NCBI GenBank assembly: GCA_048886185.1
Contig: JBHLKY010000031.1
Span: 7,886-39,885 of the forward strand
From: Candidatus Hermodarchaeota archaeon
GTDB taxonomy: Archaea > Asgardarchaeota > Heimdallarchaeia > Hodarchaeales > Hodarchaeaceae
DNA length: 32,000 bases
Direction: 5' to 3'
Numbering within the stretch: the first letter of the stretch is position 1; each line of letters opens with the position of its first letter. Of this stretch, positions 8,670 through 17,800 are shown one piece after another. A model generated the notes under the pieces. The model had not been told where the DNA came from and did not search any database. It worked only from the letters and a program-made list of their open reading frames with translations. The position numbers and the translations under genes were made by a program.

Positions 8670-9788
8670 ATGAAAAAACCAGAAGAACCTTTAAAAAAGA
8701 AGTTCGATGAGAAAACTTTGATAAAACGGCTAAAAAGCTTATTTAGCGAAAAATACATTTTCATGACCGCTTTATTCTTGTGGTTTATTCCTATTTACTT
8801 AATATTGCCTTTCTTTGGATCAATTATTCAAGACCAAAATCTATTATTAATTCTGATAATAGTCTTTCCTTTTGTATGTCTAATCATTCCATTGCCCGTC
8901 ATTAAGGTCATTTCTAACCGATTTACTAGTGTTGAAACGTCATTAGACACACTTTGGAAAGGTGAATCATCCGAACATGAACGTAATTATATTATCTACC
9001 ATGTTGGGTTTATTTGGGCTGTATATTTCTTTATTGCACAATTTGGTGGTCCATTAATGCTGATTATGCTTTTTGTAGGAATAATCATTTTCATTACTGG
9101 ATTAAGAAAAGGATGGCTATTAACAACCAATGGTGGTGTTGAACGATTTCGTGATTATTTCACACGATTAGATAAAGGACAGATCTTTTTACTTCTTTTC
9201 ATGTTTGTTGGATTAGCTGGAGGAATGGCTTACATTGGGTATATTATAATTTTTGTTTACATCGCAGCAATTATAGTACATGACCAAGTAAAACCTTCTC
9301 AGTTAGGGGTTCGATCAAACAAAATCTTATTTTTAGTCCCCGTTCTTGTAGTAATGGTTCTGCAAAATTTTGTTCTTAATTACCTAATTTGGTTGAGTGG
9401 AAATATAGAATTATTAGGAGGAGATACCTATCCATTATTCCAAACGTTATATATGTATTTAGTTGTAGGTTTTGGTGAAGAAATATCTTTTAGGGCAATA
9501 TTCCAGACTTATCTGGAAAGAAGGTATGGAAATCACCGAGGGATCGTAATTACATCGATTCTATTTGCTATTTGCCATATTCCATCACATTTCTTAGGAA
9601 TGGGGATGTTATTCGGATCTGACTTATTATTAGTATTAATTATGGCATCTATAAGTGTGTCACTTGTTTTCTACTCATCAATGATAACTGGATACGTTTG
9701 GTATCGTACACGTAATCTCTGGGTTATTGCAGGTGCCCATATGGTAGCCAATTCCTCCGCCACAATTATCTATACGATATTTAATTAG
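8670..9788 (+). CDS. CPBP family intramembrane glutamic endopeptidase (Rce1/Abi/CAAX-protease-like) with extra N-terminal TMs
   Basis: All catalytic motifs are intact: GEEISFR (EExxxR), FAICH (FxxxH), AHMVAN (HxxxN). Start is ATG 8670 or TTG 8664. Confidence 0.92.
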   Translation: MKKPEEPLKKKFDEKTLIKRLKSLFSEKYIFMTALFLWFIPIYLILPFFGSIIQDQNLLLILIIVFPFVCLIIPLPVIKVISNRFTSVETSLDTLWKGESSEHERNYIIYHVGFIWAVYFFIAQFGGPLMLIMLFVGIIIFITGLRKGWLLTTNGGVERFRDYFTRLDKGQIFLLLFMFVGLAGGMAYIGYIIIFVYIAAIIVHDQVKPSQLGVRSNKILFLVPVLVVMVLQNFVLNYLIWLSGNIELLGGDTYPLFQTLYMYLVVGFGEEISFRAIFQTYLERRYGNHRGIVITSILFAICHIPSHFLGMGMLFGSDLLLVLIMASISVSLVFYSSMITGYVWYRTRNLWVIAGAHMVANSSATIIYTIFN

Positions 9789-9915
9789 AAAACTAGCATA
9801 CACTAATGTATCTTTATGTCATATCGCTAGTAAGGTTTCTGATAGGAGTTCTTGAAGCCATAAAGTTCGATTTCATCAATTCGCATTTGGCATGTGATTA
9901 GCCATGATTATAAGC

Positions 9916-12900
9916 CTATTTATGCTTTTTCAGCCTCATTCCAAGTCCTAAGACCACAATTCCGCATAACACGAATACCAAGGTAAATCCAGATCCTGAG
10001 ACTGCTGGTTGCTTCGAGGTGATTTGTTGTTCCTCACTAACAATTGTTATCGTAACTTCATCTGATGCCACATTACTTGAAGTATCACTGATAATTAATT
10101 CTATCTCATATGTACCTGCACTCCATCCAACTAACTGCAAAGTAATGTCATCTCCACTCCAAGTTTCTTGGAGAAATGTAGACCCGTTTAATTTTATAGT
10201 ATAAGATGACGGGTGAATATCATGCGCCTGCCAAACTATACGGGCGTTCGAGTCCCCTTCAACAAACCGACAATCTGAGACTTTTGATAACGTTGGAGCA
10301 GTTATATCTACAACTGCTACATGACAGGCCATACTATGCGAGGATCCTTGTTCATCATAAACAAGGAGGAGATATGTGTGGAATCCTAATGTAAGAGTAT
10401 CTACAGTGATTGTGAAATTAGTTTCAAGTAACGTCCCTGAATCAATAAGCTGATCATTAAGATAGAGCGAATAATTATGAGGATTGGCTTCTAAAATCTC
10501 CCAGTGTATTGAGTGGCCTGTAGTTCCTTCGGAGAATACAAGATCAGGGGGCCTTTTGATATATGGTGGGGTATAATCTGTGACATAGACTTGTACTAAT
10601 TCAGTTGCTACATTTCGGGATTCATCCTCAACAACCAAGGTAAAATTATAGTAACCTGGCTTTAAGTCTTCGATATTGACTAGGATAAAAGGAAAATTAC
10701 TTGTTATTGTTTTACTGTCGATCTCTGTTCCATTTCTAAAGAGCTTATAGGATGAGAGATGTGGTTCTGAAATAAAGAATTCAAACCATGATGCTGTGTA
10801 TACTGGTTCGAAGTAAATAGGATCATGAGGCCAGACATAGGGAGCTAAGATATCTTTCACGGTCACTTGAACAGTTGAAAATCTCATGTTATCACTTGCA
10901 TCCCTAAATTCCGCATCAAATGTGTAAATACCAGGAGCTAAGTTCTCTATTGGGACTGAAATAGTGCCATTAGTTGGGGTCCAGACTCCAGCCTTAACAA
11001 GGATCGAGTCACGGTACAGTTCAAAAGTTCCTAAATTAGGATCGTGATCGTGTAATTGCCAAAAAGGAGCGTCTATTTGTGTGAGTTCATGCTCAAAAAC
11101 AGTGAAATCTGTTGGTGAGACTACTAATGTTGGTTCATCAATATCAATTAACGAGAATCCCCAAGAATAAGAAATTAGATTATTCGACCTGTCGTAGAGT
11201 TTTAGTTCTAAATTATTTCCGCCAACCTGTAGGTCTACTAACTCATCTACTTGAAAATCTACTGAAACTCCAGATTCCCAGGTCCCATTTTTTGCTGGTA
11301 TTGAATTAACCCACAATTCATATCTATCTGGATAGTCATCTGTTGCGTTGAATGACACTGTCTCCCCATGGTTCAGATAAGCATAAAATTCAGGATAGCC
11401 TGTAAAGCTTGGTGCCTCATAGTCTGATGGTGCGATAATAACAAAAATGCTTGCTGAATCAGAATTATGTTCCGCGTCTTGGATAAAGAGCGTGAAGTTC
11501 CAAACTCCGGCTGTTAGTGAACCTGTCGAAATATAATGCGTTATTAGAGAAGTATGCTCTGTATCAGGATCCTGTTCTATAATGAGGGTCTCTGGAGTAA
11601 CGGCGACCTTGGTCCCATTCTTATAAATAGTCATATCTAGTAAATACTCTTCCGTACACTTCCAAATGAGAGTGTGTGGTCGGGCAAAATTCTCTGGAAG
11701 AGTACTCCCTGAGATCTCCTCTACAATGGGAAGTGTGTTATCTGTTGGTTTAATCGTAACCCAAATTTGATCTGTAGCGACATTTCCAGAAGTATCGCTA
11801 AATTCAACTGTAATATTATAGATACCTAATGGTAACGGGCGAGATCCTGTTACAGGAACAAAGATCGGAGTTTCGTTCGACCATGGGTCCTGATCGGTGT
11901 ACAGGGTGTCATTAATATATACTGAGTAGGTGTTTGGATAACTATCTACTGCTTGCCAGGATGGTCCATAATCAAAGTTTGATTGTGGGTATTCATGTCC
12001 CCAAGGTGAATATTTAGTATCTAGATATGTAATACCTGGAGGGGTATAATCTGGTTCAAGGACTTTCACACTTACATCATTTGAAGAGGCCACTGTTCCC
12101 TTGCTTCCGTCGGAAACCGCGGATATCCTGAAATCATATATTGTGGCTGGCACTATATCAGGATCAGGTATTTTTAGCACAATTTCTACTTCTTCTGTTT
12201 CATTAGGAGCGAGATCTAATATTTTATTTCCTTTTGGGAAGCTGATATAGTCATCCCATCCAGTTGTTGTTAGCGTATAGTTATCCATGGTATTTCCAGT
12301 ATTGTTCACTGTAAATGTGAAATTAGATTCGAAATTAGCAAACATTGTAGTTGAGGTAGGTGTAATTGAGGTTTCTATGTCAAAATGAGCTGAGAAGTTG
12401 AGGGCCATTCTCTCTCTTTTAAAGAGGGTAGGCTCTCTTTGATTTATTGCTTCGATGTCTAGGGTATATACACCTGGTGATGGATAGAGATCAGTTCGAT
12501 CATATCTAAAATTAACACTTCCTGAATAGTACTGACTTGATCCTGAACCATATGGATCTACTGCAAAATTCTCTACCCAATTTCTCAAAAGTGAGTCTTG
12601 TGAGTAGAGTGTTGCATTAACTATTATTGTATCATTTAGATTACCCAAATTTTCACCCATGAAGGCTATTGGGATGTAATTTCCATAATCAACTTGGATT
12701 ATTTTTGCGGTTTCTGTTCCTAAATCGACATTAAGGCTATAACCTATCATAGATGGTATTATTAATGTCGCAGATCGATTAATTGCAGGATTTGGTACTT
12801 TTAGATTACGTTTTGCTTGACTGGTTGCTATAATCTCAAATGTTTTTTCTCCTGGCGGTATTTTAATTTGTTCTGGTGGTGAAACGATCAAATAAAAAGT

Positions 12901-14874
12901 TGTAGGAGTAGATCCAATACTATAATGGGGGACTGCTCTATCAAAAGTAGCTCTGTAGCCTTCTGGTAATCCTTGGACTTCAAGTTCTACTACATCTGAT
13001 TTTCCAGCTAAATTCTGGATTGTGATTTGATACATCTGATCATGAGTGCCTATGGTAGCTAGTGAACCTTGGCCTGTCTCTGGAGTTATTTCTTCCACAT
13101 CCATTGAAAAGTCATAAACATCTTCAGATATAATTGAGGATGCACTAATCTCATATGAAAATAATGTTGGAAGGTTCATCTCTCCAAAATTAATGCCTAA
13201 TATTGGTACACGTAGACTTCCAATCCAATCTTTAAGTGGAAGTGTGAAAATCCACCATTTAAAGTTTTTAAAGTTAATGAAGAACTCTGGACTCCAAATC
13301 ACTTTACTTGCATGGAAAATCATTTCATCGACAGAGATACCAAGAAATTCTCCTGCTTCATAAGGTATACCGAATTCTAAAACATTTAGTTCTCCTGAAG
13401 AAGTCCAACTTACTGGATTCTTAGTTTTTGGGGAATCACCTGCTGCTGCTGCGAGTTGGCCAGTAACTGCTTTTCCATATACATCAAGGAACCCCAACCC
13501 GACCCCTATTTCCATAATATTTGATAAAGCACTGCAAATCGCTGAAATGTATGGAATATTTAAATTTGCGATAATGGGGAGGAGATCTACATCAAAATTA
13601 AAATCTACTTGAACATTTTCACCTGCAAGAGGAGTCTGATAATCATCATATTTATGATAATTATAATATATTAGCGGATAGGAAAAAACATTTTTCCATG
13701 TCCATCCAAACCAAGGGATTCTTACTTTCTTTTTTCGCCATTTCCAGAACCACCAATAGCGAACTGTAACTCGTTTTGTTGTCCAATGAAGGTACTTGGC
13801 GTCCAGAGCAACGCCAACATCTAACAAGAATTTTATTTCAAACTCATGATAGTCTGGAAGGTCAAGGGGAATAAGGGTCACTTTAAAATCATATGTTTGT
13901 CCTTCCATTACTTCCTTGGGGTATTCGATTATCAATCTAACAGGAAAGACAAAATGAAAACCTGCTTCAAATACTGCCCAAGCTCTGAATCTGATGATAA
14001 ATAGGGATAGAGATGGTTTATAATTGAATCCTGGAAGATTGAATTCAAATCCCAATTTAATGTCAATTGTTTTATTTAAGTATTCTACTTGAGCTTGACT
14101 AGCTCCCTTTCCGCCTGAGGCTGAATGGATAGGAATTTGAATGTCCTCAAATCCTGAAAAGTCAGGTTCGATGAGTCTAATTTGAGGTTTTCCCGAGATT
14201 TCAGTGATCTGAGTAAATTCGCTATTTTCTGTTATTATTGATCGTTGATGAATTTCTTGATTTTCGGTTATAATTCGTCTATCAATTAGTTCATAATTTT
14301 CATTTTTTATTTGTGTGGTTGTTTCAACTTTATGGTCATCAGCTGTACTTATGCTTTCAATTTCTTGATCTGGGGTAACATCTAATGAATACGATGGTTG
14401 TTTCACCCAGTCATTGAAGAAAAATGATTGGAATGATTCTTTAAAATCGGGAAGGTCATCCGAATTAATTGTAACAGTCTCTTCAACAGGTGTCCAAGAA
14501 TTTAGGAAATAATCATAAGCATCAAGTGTTCGTTGATTTGGATTTGCTAGCTGCTGGAGATATTCATCATATTGTTCTAGGGATTCAATATCCTCATCAG
14601 AAAAATGAGTTAAATAACTTTCATACTGCTGCAGTGTCTGTTTGTCTTCTTCTGATAAGAAGCTATACAAATAATCGGGTACCTTTGATTTGATCTGATC
14701 CTGGCAATAAGATTGTTTCATTAATCGGGGGACTGGTAAGGAAACCGAAATATTAATATCGGGTGAATAATATAAAGATGTTACTGAATAAATGAGGATT
14801 ACAAGTGCAAAAGAAGCATAAATAAGTCTTTTATGACTTCGAAATTTACATTTTAAATTCTGTATTGGACTCAT
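9916..14874 (-). CDS. giant secreted/surface protein (1652 aa): signal/TM, unknown beta-rich N-terminal region, NEW3/CARDB-like domains, ~7 Ig-like repeats, C-terminal GF-TM-basic anchor
   Basis: N-terminal hydrophobic segment. FTVNNTGNTMDNYTL...LDLAPNETEEVEIVL is NEW3/CARDB-like. Repeated DxxxP...W...D..P..Y...NG...G.Y..T....D.SGN units. Ends SGSGFTLVFVLCGIVVLGLGMRLKKHK. Start overlaps the upstream stop (ATGA, 14871-14874). Confidence 0.9.
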   Translation of the reverse strand: MSPIQNLKCKFRSHKRLIYASFALVILIYSVTSLYYSPDINISVSLPVPRLMKQSYCQDQIKSKVPDYLYSFLSEEDKQTLQQYESYLTHFSDEDIESLEQYDEYLQQLANPNQRTLDAYDYFLNSWTPVEETVTINSDDLPDFKESFQSFFFNDWVKQPSYSLDVTPDQEIESISTADDHKVETTTQIKNENYELIDRRIITENQEIHQRSIITENSEFTQITEISGKPQIRLIEPDFSGFEDIQIPIHSASGGKGASQAQVEYLNKTIDIKLGFEFNLPGFNYKPSLSLFIIRFRAWAVFEAGFHFVFPVRLIIEYPKEVMEGQTYDFKVTLIPLDLPDYHEFEIKFLLDVGVALDAKYLHWTTKRVTVRYWWFWKWRKKKVRIPWFGWTWKNVFSYPLIYYNYHKYDDYQTPLAGENVQVDFNFDVDLLPIIANLNIPYISAICSALSNIMEIGVGLGFLDVYGKAVTGQLAAAAGDSPKTKNPVSWTSSGELNVLEFGIPYEAGEFLGISVDEMIFHASKVIWSPEFFINFKNFKWWIFTLPLKDWIGSLRVPILGINFGEMNLPTLFSYEISASSIISEDVYDFSMDVEEITPETGQGSLATIGTHDQMYQITIQNLAGKSDVVELEVQGLPEGYRATFDRAVPHYSIGSTPTTFYLIVSPPEQIKIPPGEKTFEIIATSQAKRNLKVPNPAINRSATLIIPSMIGYSLNVDLGTETAKIIQVDYGNYIPIAFMGENLGNLNDTIIVNATLYSQDSLLRNWVENFAVDPYGSGSSQYYSGSVNFRYDRTDLYPSPGVYTLDIEAINQREPTLFKRERMALNFSAHFDIETSITPTSTTMFANFESNFTFTVNNTGNTMDNYTLTTTGWDDYISFPKGNKILDLAPNETEEVEIVLKIPDPDIVPATIYDFRISAVSDGSKGTVASSNDVSVKVLEPDYTPPGITYLDTKYSPWGHEYPQSNFDYGPSWQAVDSYPNTYSVYINDTLYTDQDPWSNETPIFVPVTGSRPLPLGIYNITVEFSDTSGNVATDQIWVTIKPTDNTLPIVEEISGSTLPENFARPHTLIWKCTEEYLLDMTIYKNGTKVAVTPETLIIEQDPDTEHTSLITHYISTGSLTAGVWNFTLFIQDAEHNSDSASIFVIIAPSDYEAPSFTGYPEFYAYLNHGETVSFNATDDYPDRYELWVNSIPAKNGTWESGVSVDFQVDELVDLQVGGNNLELKLYDRSNNLISYSWGFSLIDIDEPTLVVSPTDFTVFEHELTQIDAPFWQLHDHDPNLGTFELYRDSILVKAGVWTPTNGTISVPIENLAPGIYTFDAEFRDASDNMRFSTVQVTVKDILAPYVWPHDPIYFEPVYTASWFEFFISEPHLSSYKLFRNGTEIDSKTITSNFPFILVNIEDLKPGYYNFTLVVEDESRNVATELVQVYVTDYTPPYIKRPPDLVFSEGTTGHSIHWEILEANPHNYSLYLNDQLIDSGTLLETNFTITVDTLTLGFHTYLLLVYDEQGSSHSMACHVAVVDITAPTLSKVSDCRFVEGDSNARIVWQAHDIHPSSYTIKLNGSTFLQETWSGDDITLQLVGWSAGTYEIELIISDTSSNVASDEVTITIVSEEQQITSKQPAVSGSGFTLVFVLCGIVVLGLGMRLKKHK

Positions 14875-17800
14875 TTTCTTTTCCTCCGTCTCAAATTGAA
14901 GTAAGATCTGAACTTCGTGAAAAACAGTATGAATATTGCAGTAGTGGTGAGTTCAAATCCAGGGGCCCTTCCGGTTTTGGGTACTACTATGAGTGTAAAA
15001 TCATCTATCGCATAGTTTCCTGACATGTCATAAACAATAAGACGATATTGATACGTATCAAGGGGAAGAGCTGTTATAACAATTTCAATAGATGTTCCTG
15101 ACCATGATCCTGACTGTTCTATATCTCCATTCGGTAACATGATCAATTCATAATGGGAGGGTGTTTCGTCAGTTACTTGCCATGTTAGTGTAATATTGAT
15201 ATTTTCTTCAACTGTAATATCTGGTAGATGAACGAGGATGGGTGGATCGGTGTCTCCCTGAACCGTGACACTTACTGACCGTGATGCATTATTCCCAAAT
15301 GTATCCCATGCAATTATAATGATATTATAATTACCTACAACCAGCCCATCTAAACAAAACTCTACTTTTATATTAGGAGAGGTCCAGGTATGTTCAACAA
15401 TGATAGTATCCGTGCCGATTGAGATCAAATAACCTTGTGGGTGCACATCAAATAAATAGGCGATAATATAATTATTCAAAGTTCCATATGTAAACACAAC
15501 GTCTTGTATTTGTGAAATAGTTGGTGGAAAAGTATCAGCTTCACCGGTAGGGATTACTTCAACAATTGCTATACCAGATGCGCTATGTCCTGCCACATCC
15601 CATACAGTTAAGATGAATTCCCAGGTACCAAGAGGTAACGAGGTATAATGGTATTGAATGATTCCTGAAACCCAAGAACTTTTTTCATAGATGATTGAAC
15701 CATTTCTAGTGATCATATATCGATCTGGATATTTATCATCGACTTCCCAAATAATTGTTCCAGCAGTATTTTCAGCAATAATAGATTTGGCTGGTTGAGA
15801 AACTGTTGGAGGAGTTACATCAGGAGCTTCTGGATTAACCGTGACTATTACTGAACTAGAAGCTGTATTGCTTGCTAGGTCATATAAAGTTAGAGTCACG
15901 TTCCATGTACCAATGGGGAGATGATCAACAGAATAGGAAATATTCTCTCCATGCCAGGGATTGAATAGTTCCTCAGTATCATTTATAAGAATTGTATAAG
16001 CAAACGGATGATTATCAAGACAGATCCAATGAAGAATATGACCAGTTGTCCCTTTTTCAAATTCTAAAGAACCAGGTGGCATGTTAACAGGGGATTCAGT
16101 GTCTGGGACAGCTTCAGTCACATTAACCCATACTACGTCGTAAACCGAGTTCCCTGCTTCATCAAAGAGTGTACAATTATACTTATATAATCCTGTGGCG
16201 ACTCCATCAAGAGAAATTACAATATCATTTCCAATCCAAGCCTTGTCATAAATTAGAGTCATATTCTTTCGGACAGATGCCCACCAGGGTGTCCGATCAT
16301 CTGATCCAGTCCAAATAATTGAATATCCAATGGATCCTTCTTCAAAGCTTACATCATTTGGTGAGGAAATGGATGGAGGTGTTGTATCAGGCGCGGAAGG
16401 GAGTACCCTAATCCATACTTCATCAGAAGAAGTTCTCCCATAAGCATTCTCTACTACACAAGTAAAGTTATGAACACCTTCTTCTAATCCATCAAGCCAA
16501 ACTAATACATAATTTGTCCAAGACCCCGTTCTATAAATTGTCCCATTCCGATAGACCGAATAATTTGCTGGGAAAAGATCTGTAACAGACCAAAGAATAG
16601 AATAACCTGTATCACCATGAAATATGCTAAAATCGCTGGGGCTTGTGATGCTTGGAACACTTAATAAGCAGAAGAAGGATCTTTGTTCAGAAGTGTACCA
16701 ATTATCTAAAATATCCGTTATATAAAGTTGTATCGTATGACTACCAGTAGCGGGAAGTACAATGCTTGTTTTTCCTTCGATTGGTATATAACTCGAATTA
16801 TCTAATGAATAACCGATCCAAGATAAATCTGCAGGTTCACTCCCCTCATTTACTGCCTCGAACCTGTTATCTCCGATGTTATAATTTGGATCCCATGAAT
16901 AACCAAAAGCATCAAAGTATAAATTTGATTGGACTGAATCACCTGTTGATACATGGATTCCTGAACTACTCCCATGATACTGGAATTCTGCATCTGGTGA
17001 TTCATAAATCAAGGTACTTCCATCTGAATCATAAAGTCTTACCCGATAGTGATGCGGAGCTAATCCTGCGTAAGTGCCATCATCTGAGAAATCGATCGAT
17101 AATCGGTACCACTTATTTTCAGAGAAAGTAATACCTGTATCTATAGATGTATTGCCATCAAAATACTCAAATTCGTTATATTCATCAGCAACACGAACAG
17201 TATAATCATATGGAGAGGCTGCTTTCAACAATCCCCAACTAACTCGCCAATTAGTTCCTGGAGCTTCATGTAATACCCAAAATTCGAGTGTTCCTGATGT
17301 AATGACATTATTAAAGAAACCATCGGCAACAAGTATAGGGCCAGCATCATTATCCTTGCAATACAGAACTTTTGAATGGAAATTTCCATAAGCATCTGTT
17401 TTAGAATTAAGAACCTGTATATCAACTGATGTGGGTTGGATACTACCACCCTGCCACCAGCCCCAATTATCAGGTTCAGTACCAACCGAAACATCTTCAA
17501 ATCCTTCAGAAGCAGGATAATAACCTGCCCAGTCTGTTCTAGATTTCGTAGGTGGTTCAAAATCTAGTAGTAATCCTTCTTTTAAATTATCTCCGATATT
17601 ATAACAAGGATCCCAAGAATATCCTAGCGCATCTAAATAAAAGTCATGAAGTGGATTTCCAGATTGAAATTCTATCCCATGAGATCGAAGATCAAAACCA
17701 TAAATGTCAATTGGGGAGCCTTCAAATAGAAATGCGTAGCCACTACCATACCAGGTGTTATTGAGCTGGATCTGCCATCCACCTTGAGTAATGTCGAAGT

